A stretch of 64,000 bases of DNA, from the NCBI RefSeq assembly GCF_006345805.1, contig NC_043023.1, forward strand, positions 17,360,001-17,424,000, written 5' to 3'. This document shows positions 12,696 through 25,131 of the stretch, piece by piece (the first letter of the stretch is position 1; each line of letters starts with the position of its first letter). Position numbers and translations under genes: made by a program. A model generated the notes under the pieces. It was given only the letters and a program-made list of their open reading frames with translations, ran no database searches and was not told where the DNA came from. The stretch is from Octopus sinensis. Lineage: Eukaryota.

Positions 12696-13179
12696 TTTAA
12701 TATATGTTAATTTATGCTCCAAACACCAGCTGAATAGGGACACAGTTATTTTACTAACTTATACCTTATTTTCAAAATTAATTTAAACAAAGACAATGTT
12801 CTTCAACAGAATATGGCAACGACAGGGTTAAAGTTATCTAAATGAAAACATTCCCTTAAAATTTCATATTATTTTATGTTCCAAACATCAACTTCATAAT
12901 TAAAAAAGTTTTTTTATTCAAATCTTTAATATTTTCAAAATTAATTGAAAGAAAGGGCAACAGAAATAGGGTAAAAATAAAAGGGTTAAAAATTAAACAT
13001 TCAATCAAAATTTCAAGTTAGTTTGTTGAGAAAACGAGAGAGTGCAGGAGGAAAGTGGAAGGTAAAAGGGTCCTTCATCAGAAGATGTTTCAATTTAAAA
13101 GCATCTCTCTGATGTGTCTTTGTCTGTGAATGGCTAAAGTACTGTTTTTCATGAATCATTTCCCGCATATCTCACAGCA

Positions 13180-13461
13180 AAATGTGGGAAATACTTTATT
13201 TCTGATGGAAATTTAAACAGACACAAACGAATCCACACTGGGGAAAAATCCTTTCCGTGTCAGACATGTGGGAAGTGATTCTCGGATAAATCTCATTTGG
13301 TTTTTCATATCGGAAGTCACACAGGAGAAAACCCATATCTTTGTGACGTATGTAGGAAATCGTTTCTTTCTGTCAGTTACTTAAACAGACACAAATTGAT
13401 ACACGCCGGAGAAAAACCATTTCGTTGTGAAATTTGCGGTAGATCTTTGGTTGACAAGTCA
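13180..13461 (+). pseudogene. C2H2 zinc-finger array pseudogene (~3.5 fingers)
   Basis: [61 protein letters not shown]...HAGEKPFRCEICGR; in-frame TGA at 13276; truncated by a SINE. Confidence 0.85.
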
Positions 13462-13673
13462 TAGGAGTGGCTGTGTGGTAAGTAGCTTGCTTGCATACCA
13501 CAACGTTCCAGGTTCAGTCCCACTGCGTGGCACCTTGGGCGTGTGTCTTCTACTATAGCTTCGGGCCAAACAAAGCCTTGTGAGTGTATTTGGCAGACGT
13601 AAACTGAAAGAAGCCCTTCGTGTATGTATATATATATATATACATATATACATACACGAAGGGCTTCTTTCAG

Positions 13674-13726
<53 letters not shown>

Positions 13727-14086
13727 TGCAGGAGTGGCTGGGTGTAAGTAGCTTGCTTGCCAACCACAAGGTTCCAGGTTCAGTCCCACTGCATGGCACA
13801 TTGGGCGTGTGTCTTCTACTATAGCTTCGGGCCAAACAAAGCCTTGTGAGTGGATTTGGCAGACGGAAACTGAAAGAAGCCCATCATGTATATATATGTG
13901 TGTGTATATATAGGCGCAGGAATGGCTGTGTGGTAAGTAGCTTGCTTACCAACCACAAGTTTCCAGATTCATTCCCACTGCGTGGCACCTTGGGAAATGT
14001 CTTCTACTATAGCCTCGGCAAAAGAAAGCCTTGTGAGTTTATTTGGTAGACGGAAACTGAAAGAAGCCCATCGTATATATGTATGT

Positions 14087-14130
<44 letters not shown>

Positions 14131-14887
14131 GGCGCAGAATTGGCTTTGTGGTAAGTAGCTTGCTTACCAACCACAAGGCTCCGGCTTCATTCTCACTGTG
14201 TGGCACACGTATATATATATATACATATATACGACGGGCTTCTTTCAGTTTCCGTCTACCAAATTAACTCACCTGACTTTGTTTGGCCCAAGGCTATCGC
14301 AGATGACACTTGCCCAAGGTGCCACGCAGTGGGAATGAACCTGGAACCGTGTGGTTGGTAAACAAGCTACCCACCACACAGCCACTCCTGTTTGTGAGAT
14401 TTGAAATGACTTATATTTCCCTTATATTTCACAGACATAGGGCCTTCCCCCTGTGTGACTGCGTTTGGGAATTACAAGCTTTGACTTACTCTCTTTACTC
14501 ATTTACTGCTTTCAGTTAGTTGACTGTGGCCATGCTGGAGCAAAACCTTTAATTGAGCAAATCGACCCCGGGACTTATTCTTTGTAAACCTACATTATAT
14601 TGGTCTCTTTTGCCGAACTGCTAGGTTACGGAGACGTAAACACACCACCATCGGTTGTCAAGCGATGTTAGCGGGGAGGACAAACATAGACACACAAATA
14701 TATACACACATATACATATAAATAAGGCGGGCTTCTTTCAGTTTCCGTCTACGAAATCCACTCACAACGTTTTGGTTGGCCAGAGTCTATAGTAGAAGTC
14801 AGTTGCCCAAGGTGCCACGCAGTGGGAATGAACCTGGATCCTTGTGGTTGGTAAATAAGCTACTTACCACACAGCAACTCCTGCGCC

Positions 14888-14888
<1 letters not shown>
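13462..14888. repeat. Cluster of OR-type SINE heads in both orientations separated by (TA)n
   Basis: Repeated aggagtggctgtgtggtaagtagcttgc...gtggcaccttgggc...gacggaaactgaaagaagccc; near-full minus copy ~14480-14888. Confidence 0.85.
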
Positions 14889-14927
<39 letters not shown>

Positions 14928-14930
14928 TCC

Positions 14931-17900
14931 ATAATAATGAAGGGTGAAATTAATTAATTTAGAATAATTATCAATTACACCAAGTAGTCTTCGGCATGTA
15001 AAAGCCTCATTTGAGGAAAATTTAAGTAATACTAAGCAATAAGGGTTCAGCAACGAATTGCCTTACCACATACCGAATTTAGAAATAGCAGTCAAAGGGT
15101 TATAGCTATTTCTTCTACTAAAAAGGGAGATCTCAGTAAAAACAGCAATTGGAAGGCTGACACAAACAGGTAAGAGAGAATGAATTAACCGCAATCTATC
15201 AAACATTTTTAAAGTTATCCACGACGTACGTTTCGAAATCAAGTTTTAGGAAAGCATAAGAATTAAAATATTAAATATTAAATAATTCTATCTTACCGAA
15301 ACTTCTTTTCTCTTCAGCGTGGAATACTATAATCATAAATGATATATATTGAATTTTGAGATACTAGGAGGTACCAACCAACTCAACTCAGTATCAGAGC
15401 GAGCTAGAATCCTCAACTAGTATCACCGAATTCAATTTGTGAATGAAACGATTGTGTCAACAGCCCCTTCCCACCCGCGTGTAGCCAAAACAAGATGCTG
15501 TAGTCATCTACTGAGATAAAATATGGTTATCCGTAATAATGAAGGGTGAAATTAATTAATTAGAATAATTATCAATTACACCAAGTAGTCTTCGGCATGT
15601 AAAAGCCTCATTTGAGGAAAATTTAAGTAATACTAAGCAATAAGGGTTCAGCAACGAATTGCCTTACCACATACCGAATTTAGAAATAGCAGTCAAAGGG
15701 TTATAGCTATTTCTTCTACTAAAAAGGGAGATCTCAGTAAAAACAGCAATTGGAAGGCTGACACAAACAGGTAGAGAGAATGAATTAACCGCAATCTATC
15801 AAACATTTTTAAAGTTATCCACGGACGTACGTTTCGAAATCAAGTTTTAGGAAAGCATAAGAATTAAAATATTAAATATTAAATAATTCTATCTTACCGA
15901 AACTTCTTTTCTCTTCAGCGTGGAATACTATAATCATAAATGATTATATATTGAATTTTGAGATACTAGGAGGTACCAACTCAACTCAGTATCAGAGCGA
16001 GCTAGAATCCTCAACTAGTATCACCGAATTCAAATTGTGAATGAAACGATTGTGTCAACAGCCCCTTCCCACCCGCGTGTAGCCAAAACAAGATGCTGTA
16101 GTCATCTACTGAGATAAAATATGGTTATCCGTAATAATGAAGGGTGAAATTAATTAATTTAGAATAATTATCAATTACACCAAGTAGTCTTCGGCATGTA
16201 AAAGCCTCATTTGAGGAAAATTTAAGTAATACTAAGCAATAAGGGTTCAGCAACGAATTGCCTTACCACATACCGAATTTAGAAATAGCAGTCAAAGGGT
16301 TATAGCTATTTCTTCTACTACTAAAAAGGGAGATCTCAGTAAAAACAGCAATTGGAAGGCTGACACAAACAGGTAAGAGAGAATGAATTAACCGCAATCT
16401 ATCAAACATTTTTAAAGTTATCCACGGACGTACGTTTCGAAATCAAGTTTTAGGAAAGCATAAGAATTAAAATATAAATATTAATAATTCTATCTTACCG
16501 AAACTTCTTTTCTCTTCAGCGTGGAATACTATAATCATAAATGATTATATATTGAATTTTGAGATACTAGGAGGTACCAACTCAACTCAGTATCAGAGCG
16601 AGCTAGAATCCTCAACTAGTATCACCGAATTCAAATTTGTGAATGAAACGATTGTGTCAACAGCCCCTTCCCACCCGCGTGTAGCCAAAACAAGATGCTG
16701 TAGTCATCTACTGAGATAAAATATGGTTATCCGTAATAATGAAGGGTGAAATTAATTAATTTAGAATAATTATCAATTACACCAAGTAGTCTTCGGCATG
16801 TAAAAGCCTCATTTGAGGAAAATTTAAGTAATACTAAGCAATAAGGGTTCAGCAACGAATTGCCTTACCACATACCGAATTTAGAAATAGCAGTCAAAGG
16901 GTTTAGCTATTTCTTCTACTAAAAAGGGAGATCTCAGTAAAAACAGCAATTGGAAGGCTGACACAAACAGGTAAGAGAGAATGAATTAACCGCAATCTAT
17001 CAAACATTTTTAAAGTTATCCACGGACTACGTTTCGAAATCAAGTTTTAGGAAAGCATAAGAATTAAAATATTAAATATTAAATAATTCTATCTTACCGA
17101 AACTTCTTTTCTCTTCAGCGTGGAATACTATAATCATAAATGATATATATTGAATTTTGAGATACTAGGAGGTACCAACTCAACTCAGTATCAGAGCGAG
17201 CTAGAATCCTCAACTAGTATCACCGAATTCAAATTTGTGAATGAAACGATTGTGTCAACAGCCCCTTCCCACCCGCGTGTAGCCAAAACAAGATGCTGTA
17301 GTCATCTACTGAGATAAAATATGGTTATCCGTAATAATGAAGGGTGAAATTAATTAATTTAGAATAATTATCAATTACACCAAGTAGTCTTCGGCATGTA
17401 AAAGCCTCATTTGAGGAAAATTTAAGTAATACTAAGCAATAAGGGTTCAGCAACGAATTGCCTTACCACATACCGAATTTAGAAATAGCAGTCAAAGGGT
17501 TATAGCTATTTCTTCTACTAAAAAGGGAGATCTCAGTAAAAACAGCAATTGGAAGGCTGACACAAACAGGTAAGAGAGAATGAATTAACCGCAATCTATC
17601 AAACATTTTTAAAGTTATCCACGGACGTACGTTTCGAAATCAAGTTTTAGGAAAGCATAAGAATTAAAATATTAAATATTAAATAATTCTATCTTACCGA
17701 AACTTCTTTTCTCTTCAGCGTGGAATACTATAATCATAAATGATTATATATTGAATTTTGAGATACTAGGAGGTACCAACTCAACTCAGTATCAGAGCGA
17801 GCTAGAATCCTCAACTAGTATCACCGAATTCAAATTTGTGAATGAAACGATTGTGTCAACAGCCCCTTCCCACCCGCGTGTAGCCAAAACAAGATGCTGT

Positions 17901-20900
17901 AGTCATCTACTGAGATAAAATATGGTTATCCGTAATAATGAAGGGTGAAATTAATTAATTTAGATAATTATCAATTACACCAAGTAGTCTTCGGCATGTA
18001 AAAGCCTCATTTGAGGAAAATTTAAGTAATACTAAGCAATAAGGGTTCAGCAACGAATTGCCTTACCACATACCGAATTTAGAAATAGCAGTCAAAGGGT
18101 TATAGCTATTTCTTCTACTACTAAAAAGGGAGATCTCAGTAAAAACAGCAATTGGAAGGCTGACACAAACAGGTAAGAGAGAATGAATTAACCGCAATCT
18201 ATCAAACATTTTTAAAGTTATCCACGGACGTACGTTCGAAATCAAGTTTTAGGAAAGCATAAGAATTAAAATATTAAATATTAAATAATTCTATCTTACC
18301 GAACTTCTTTTCTCTTCAGCGTGGAATACTATAATCATAAATGATTATATTGAATTTTGAGATACTAGGAGGTACCAACTCAACTCAGTATCAGAGCGAG
18401 CTAGAATCCTCAACTAGTATCACGAATTCAAATTGTGAATGAAACGATTGTGTCAACAGCCCCTTCCCACCCGCGTGTAGCCAAAACAAGATGCTGTAGT
18501 CATCTACTGAGATAAAATATGGTTATCCGTAATAATGAAGGGTGAAATTAATTAATTTAGAATAATTATCAATTACACAAGTAGTCTTCGGCATGTAAAA
18601 GCCTCATTTGAGGAAAATTTAAGTAATACTAAGCAATAAGGGTTCAGCAACGAATTGCCTTACCACATACCGAATTTAGAAATAGCAGTCAAAGGTTATA
18701 GCTATTTCTTCTACTAAAAAGGGAGATCTCAGTAAAAACAGCAATTGGAAGGCTGACACAAACAGGTAAGAGAGAATGAATTAACCGCAATCTATCAAAC
18801 ATTTTTAAAGTTATCCACGGACGTACGTTTCGAAATCAAGTTTTAGGAAAGCATAAGAATTAAAATATTAAATATTAAATAATTCTATCTTACCGAAACT
18901 TCTTTTCTCTTCAGCGTGGAATACTATAATCATAAATGATTATATATTGAATTTTGAGATACTAGGAGGTACCAACTCAACTCAGTATCAGAGCGAGCTA
19001 GAATCCTCAACTAGTATCACCGAATTCAAATTTGTGAATGAAACGATTGTGTCAACAGCCCCTTCCCACCCGCGTGTAGCCAAAACAAGATGCTGTAGTC
19101 ATCTACTGAGATAAAATATGGTTATCCGTAATAATGAAGGGTGAAATTAATTAATTTAGAATAATTATCAATTACACCAAGTAGTCTTCGGCATGTAAAA
19201 GCCTCATTTGAGGAAAATTTAAGTAATACTAAGCATAAGGGTTCAGCAACGAATTGCCTTACCACATACCGAATTTAGAAATAGCAGTCAAAGGGTTATA
19301 GCTATTTCTTCTACTAAAAAGGGAGATCTCAGTAAAAACAGCAATTGGAAGGCTGACACAAACAGGTAAGAGAGAATGAATTAACCGCAATCTATCAAAC
19401 ATTTTTAAAGTTATCACGGACGTACGTTTCGAAATCAAGTTTTAGGAAAGCATAAGAATTAAAATATTAAATATTAAATAATTCTATCTTACCGAAACTT
19501 CTTTTCTCTTCAGCGTGGAATACTATAATCATAAATGATATATATTGAATTTTGAGATACTAGGAGGTACCAACTCAACTCAGTATCAGAGCGAGCTAGA
19601 ATCCTCAACTAGTATCACCGAATTCAAATTTGTGAATGAAACGATTGTGTCAACAGCCCCTTCCCACCGCGTGTGTAGCCAAAACAAGATGCTGTAGTCA
19701 TCTACTGAGATAAAATATGGTTATCCGTAATAATGAAGGGTGAAATTAATTAATTTAGAATAATATCAATTACACCAAGTAGTCTTCGGCATGTAAAAGC
19801 CTCATTTGAGGAAAATTTAAGTAATACTAAGCAATAAGGTTCAGCAACGAATTGCCTTACCACATACCGAATTAGAAATAGCAGTCAAAGGGTTATAGCT
19901 ATTTCTTCTACTAAAAAGGGAGATCTCAGTAAAAACAGCAATTGGAAGGCTGACACAAACAGGTAAGAGAGAATGAATTAACCGCAATCTATCAAACATT
20001 TTTAAAGTTATCCACGGACGTACGTTTCGAAATCAAGTTTTAGGAAAGCATAAGAATTAAAATATTAAATATTAAATAATTCTATCTTACCGAAACTTCT
20101 TTTCTCTTCAGCGTGGAATACTATAATCATAAATGATTATATATTGAATTTTGAGATACTAGGAGGTACCAACTCAACTCAGTATCAGAGCGAGCTAGAA
20201 TCCTCAACTAGTATCACCGAATTCAAATTTGTGAATGAAACGATTGTGTCAACAGCCCCTTCCCACCCGCGTGTAGCCAAAACAAGATGCTGTAGTCATC
20301 TACTGAGATAAAATATGGTTATCCGTAATAATGAAGGGTGAAATTAATTAATTTAGAATAATTATCAATTACACCAAGTAGTCTTCGGCATGTAAAAGCC
20401 TCATTTGAGGAAAATTTAAGTAATACTAAGCAATAAGGGTTCAGCAACGAATTGCCTTACCACATACCGAATTTAGAAATAGCAGTCAAAGGGTTATAGC
20501 TATTTCTTCTACTAAAAAGGGAGATCTCAGTAAAAACAGCAATTGGAAGGCTGACACAAACAGGTAAGAGAGAGATGAATTAACCGCAATCTATCAAACA
20601 TTTTTAAAGTTATCCACGGACGTACGTTTCGAAATCAAGTTTTAGGAAAGCATAAGAATTAAAATATTAAATATTAAATAATTCTATCTTACCGAAACTT
20701 CTTTTCTCTTCAGCGTGGAATACTATAATCATAAATGATTATATATTGAATTTTGAGATACTAGGAGGTACCAACTCAACTCAGTATCAGAGCGAGCTAG
20801 AATCCTCAACTAGTATCACCGAATTCAAATTTGTGAATGAAACGATTGTGTCAACAGCCCCTTCCCACCCGCGTGTAGCCAAAACAAGATGCTGTAGTCA

Positions 20901-21449
20901 TCTACTGAGATAAAATATGGTTATCCGTAATAATGAAGGTGAAATTAATTAATTTAGAATAATTATCAATTACACCAAGTAGTCTCGGCATGTAAAAGCC
21001 TCATTTGAGGAAAATTTAAGTAATACTAAGCAATAAGGGTTCAGCAACGAATTGCCTTACCACATACCGAATTAGAAATAGCAGTCAAAGGGTTATAGCT
21101 ATTTCTTCTACTAAAAAGGGAGATCTCAGTAAAAACAGCAATTGGAAGGCTGACACAAACAGGTAAGAGAGAATGAATTAACCGCAATCTATCAAACATT
21201 TTTAAAGTTATCCACGGACGTACGTTTCGAAATCAAGTTTTAGGAAAGCATAAGAATTAAAATATTAAATATTAAATAATTCTATCTTACCGAAACTTCT
21301 TTTCTCTTCAGCGTGGAATACTATAATCATAAATGATTATATATTGAATTTTGAGATACTAGGAGGTACCAACTCAACTCAGTATCAGAGCGAGCTAGAA
21401 TCCTCAACTAGTATCACCGAATTCAAATTTGTGAATGAAACGATTGTGT
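14931..21449 (-). repeat. Tandem array of ~10.9 x ~600-bp hammerhead-containing units (retrozyme/Penelope pLTR-like satellite)
   Basis: Unit starts at ~14931, 15531, 16129, 16731, 17329, 17930, 18527, 19126, 19725, 20323, 20925; differences are almost only small indels; flanked by (TA)n. Confidence 0.95.
15819..15923 (-). ncRNA. Type I hammerhead ribozyme (representative copy; one per unit, 11 copies)
   Basis: Minus strand: CCACG-CTGAAGA-GAAA..(long hairpin incl. AAGTTT/AAACTT, AGAATTA/TAATTCT)..TTTC-GAAA-CGTACG-TC-CGTGG; G-C closing pair of stem II, palindromic stem III, GUC triplet. Confidence 0.88.
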
Positions 21450-21715
21450 AAGATAGAATTATTTAATATTTAATATTTTAATTCTTATGCTTTCCTAAAA
21501 CTTGATTTCGAAACGTACGTCCGTGGATAACTTTAAAAATGTTTGATAGATTGCGGTTAATTCATTCTCTCTTACCTGTTTGTGTCAGCCTTCCAATTGC
21601 TGTTTTTACTGAGATCTCCCTTTTTAGTAGAAGAAATAGCTATAACCCTTTGACTGCTATTTCTAAATTCGGTATGTGGTAAGGCAATTCGTTGCTGAAC
21701 CCTTATTGCTTAGTA
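21448..21715 (+). repeat. Inverted partial copy of the 600-bp unit (5' stub)
   Basis: Reverse complement of the unit from gtaagatagaatt to cttattgcttagta; 2-nt gt microhomology at the junction; contains only the 3' half of the hammerhead. Confidence 0.9.
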
Positions 21716-21732
21716 TATATATATATATATAT

Positions 21733-21820
<88 letters not shown>

Positions 21821-21925
21821 TATATTCATAATTAATCAATATAGGGTGGCAAAAAAATTTTGTAGAATTTTTTTGCCACCAGCGGATAGAAGTGCCTCGT
21901 GAAAATATCTGTTCCGATCTGGCTG

Positions 21926-22030
21926 TTTCTTACTGACGAATCTATCGGCCTATGGAAGATTGGCTTGATTTAATTTAATCAGGTTAGTTTACCATTAAAC
22001 AGTAGATGAAACGGTGCATCGTATAAGAAA
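21926..22030 (+). ncRNA. Type I hammerhead ribozyme, extended stem II
   Basis: Stem I TTTCTTA/TAAGAAA; CTGACGA 21933-21939; ATCTA/TAGAT; GAAA 22008-22011; stem III CGGTGCATCG; GUA triplet, predicted cut after 22023. Confidence 0.88.
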
Positions 22031-22414
22031 TTACAGGGTAAATGTTTTTTTTAATTTTCTCCTGGTTTGCGGAATTAATGTTATTTTGCGGTTGAAGCTT
22101 TGGCTGTTATTTCTAGTGGGTGAATGGCCTATTATGGCAATTCCTTGATTGTGATGTTGAACTTATAAATGGTCTATGACTATTTAATTTTTTCCCACTA
22201 GGCCGCTGGTGGCAAAAAAATTCTACAAAATTTTTTGCCACCCTATATTGATTAATTATGAATTTTCTGGTTAATTCCGTAATGGAATCGGCGGCTTATA
22301 TTTATTTGCTGCCGATAAATTAGGCGCGAGTGCGATGATTTGAAAATTTTAGGTCAGATATTGCCGAGGCAGGGATAGAAGTGCCTCGTGAAAATATCTG
22401 TTCCGATCTGGCTG

Positions 22415-22519
22415 TTTCTTACTGACGAATCTATCGGCCTATGGAAGATTTGCTTGATTTAATTTAATCAGGTTAGTTTACCATTAAACAGTAGATGAAA
22501 CGGTGCATCGTATAAGAAA
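22415..22519 (+). ncRNA. Type I hammerhead ribozyme (second copy)
   Basis: Same elements as 21926-22030; predicted cut after 22512. Confidence 0.88.
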
Positions 22520-22659
22520 TTACAGGGTAAATGTTTTTTTTAATTTTCTCCTGGTTTGCGGAATTAATGTTATTTTGCGGTTGAAGCTTTGGCTGTTATT
22601 TCTAGTGGGTGAATGGCCTAATATGGCCGTTCCTTGATTGTGATATATATATATATTAT

Positions 22660-23082
22660 ATATATATATATACATATATACGAAGGGCTTCTTTCAGTTT
22701 CCGTCTACCAAACCCACTCACAAGGCTTTGGTTGGCCCGAGTCGAAAGCAGAAGACACTTGACCAAAGTGACACGCATTGGGACTGAACCCGGAACCATG
22801 TGGTTGGTAAGTAAGCTACTTACCACACAGCCACTCCTGCTCCTATAAATATATATATATATACATATATACAACAGGCTTTTTTCAGTTTCCCTCTACC
22901 AAATCAACTCACAAGGTTTAGTTGTTCCGTGGCTATAGAAGAAGTCACTTGCCCAATGGTGCCACGCAGTGGGACTGAACCCGGAACCTTGTGGTTGGTA
23001 AGCAAGCTACTTACCACACAGCCACTCCTGCATCTAAATATATATATATATATATTATATATATAATATATATATATATATG

Positions 23083-23145
<63 letters not shown>

Positions 23146-23852
23146 ATATTTCGGAATGGTCATATTGCCAGTTTAGCCAATAAAAACACACGCACTATAT
23201 ATTTGGTGTTATTTTGCTTCAGTGATATTATTTTTTACATTAATCTTAATCTTATTTCGGCCAAAGTTCTTTCGTCACACTCCTGTGACCGCATCACATG
23301 GTTCCGGGTTCAGTCCCAATGCGTGTCACTTTGGTCAAGTGTCTTCTGCTTTCGACTCGGGCCAACCAAAGCCTTGTGAGTGGGTTTGGTAGACGGAAAC
23401 TGAAAGAAGCCCTTCGTATATATGTAAAATTAAGATTAATGTAAAAAATAAATATCACTGAAGCAAAATAACACCAAATATATAGTGCGTGTGTTTTTAT
23501 TGGCTAAACTGGCAATATGACCATTCCGAAATATAACAATATCTGTTTCAACACACGACTTCACATAAAAAATCTTGCACAACAAATATTTAAACGTATA
23601 TATATATATATATATAATATATATATATTATATATATATATATATATAATACAACGGGCTTCTTTCAGTTTCCGTCTACGAAATCCATCCACAAGGCTAT
23701 GGTTGGCCCGAAGCTTTAGTAGAAGACACCTGCCCAAGTTGCCACGCAGTGGGACTGAAACCGGAACCATATGGTTGGTAAGTAAGCTACTCCTGCGCCT
23801 ATATATATATATGTATAATATATATATTATATATATATATATATAATATATA

Positions 23853-23891
<39 letters not shown>

Positions 23892-24101
23892 TATACTTAT
23901 ATATATATACACACATATATATATATATATACATATATACGACGGGCTTCTTTCAGTTTCCGTCTACCAAATCCACTCACAAGGCTCCGGTCGGCCCGAG
24001 GTTATAAAAGAAGACACCTACCCAAGGTGCCACGTCGTGGGAATGAACCGGAAACCGTGTGGTTGGTAAGCAAGCTACTTACCACACAGAACTCCTGCGT
24101 A

Positions 24102-24137
<36 letters not shown>

Positions 24138-24298
24138 GATGGGCTTCTTTCAGTTTCCGTCTAACAAATCCACTCAGAAGGTGGTGGTTGGCCCGAGGCT
24201 ATAGAAGAAGTCACTTGCCCAAGGTGCCACGCTGTGGGAATGAACCTGGAACCTTGTGGTTGGTAAGCAAGCTATTTACCGCAAAGCCACTCCTGCGC

Positions 24299-24349
<51 letters not shown>

Positions 24350-24599
24350 ATATATATATTATATATATTATATACATATATATATATATACATATATACG
24401 ACGGGCTTCTTTTAGTTTCCATCTACCAAATCCACTCACCAGGCTTTATTTTGCCCGAGGCTAGAGTAGAAGTCACTCGCCCAAGTTGCCACGCAGTGGA
24501 AATGAACCTGGAACCTTGTGGTTGGTAAGCAATCTACTTCCCACACAGCCACTCCTGTACCTAGCGCTCTCTCTCTCTCTGTCTCTCTCTGTCTGTCTG

Positions 24600-24636
<37 letters not shown>

Positions 24637-24656
24637 CTGTCTGTCTGTCTCTCTCC

Positions 24657-24689
<33 letters not shown>

Positions 24690-24850
24690 CGACGAGCTTC
24701 TTTCAGTTTCCGTCTACTAAATCCACTCACAAGGCTCTGGTCAGCCCGAGGCTATAGTAAAAAACACCAGCCCAAGGTGCCACGCAGTGGGACTGAACCT
24801 GGAACGTTGTGGTATGCAAGCAAGCTACTTACCACACAGCCGCTCCTATG
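22660..24850. repeat. Array of ~8 OR-type SINE heads (mostly minus strand) spaced by (TA)n
   Basis: Repeated cgggcttctttcagtttccgtctacc...cttaccacacagccactcctg at ~22680, 22875, 23655, 23940, 24138, 24400, 24690; plus-strand copy ~23285-23415. Confidence 0.85.
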
Positions 24851-25131
24851 ACTTGTCGACCAAAGATCTACCGCAAATTTCACAACGAATTGTTTTTTGT
24901 CCGGCGTGTATCAATTTGTGTCTGTTTAAGTAACTGACACAAAGAAATGATTTCCTACATACGTCACAAAGATATGGGTTTTCTCCTGTGTGACTTCCGA
25001 TATGAATAACCAAATGAGATTTATCCGAGAATCACTTCCAACATGTCTGACACGGAAAGGATTTTTCCCCAGTGTGAATTCGTTTCTGTCTGTTTAAATT
25101 TCCATCAGAAATAAAGTATTTCCCACATTTT
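24851..25131 (-). pseudogene. C2H2 zinc-finger pseudogene, paralogue of 13180-13461
   Basis: Reverse complement with the same in-frame TGA (ggaagtgattc). Confidence 0.85.

Larger units (their letters stand above)
21824..22644 (+). mobile_element. Second hammerhead element: 1.55 x 489-bp partial tandem with inverted 5' stub
   Basis: 21884-22155 repeated at 22373-22644; 21824-21885 is the reverse complement of 22203-22263; (TA)n on both sides. Confidence 0.85.

Noticed and set aside
18063-18245. 60-aa ORF in the array
   Set aside because: Reported in only one unit, where local indels extend the frame; not conserved across units.
14931-21449. Array as CRISPR, 5S rDNA, snRNA or tRNA cluster
   Set aside because: Whole 600-bp units are identical with no variable spacers, I recognise no 5S, snRNA or tRNA motif, and the context is eukaryotic.
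23450-23540. CTGAAGC...ATTCCGAAA motif
   Set aside because: Core is mutated and stem II is unpaired.
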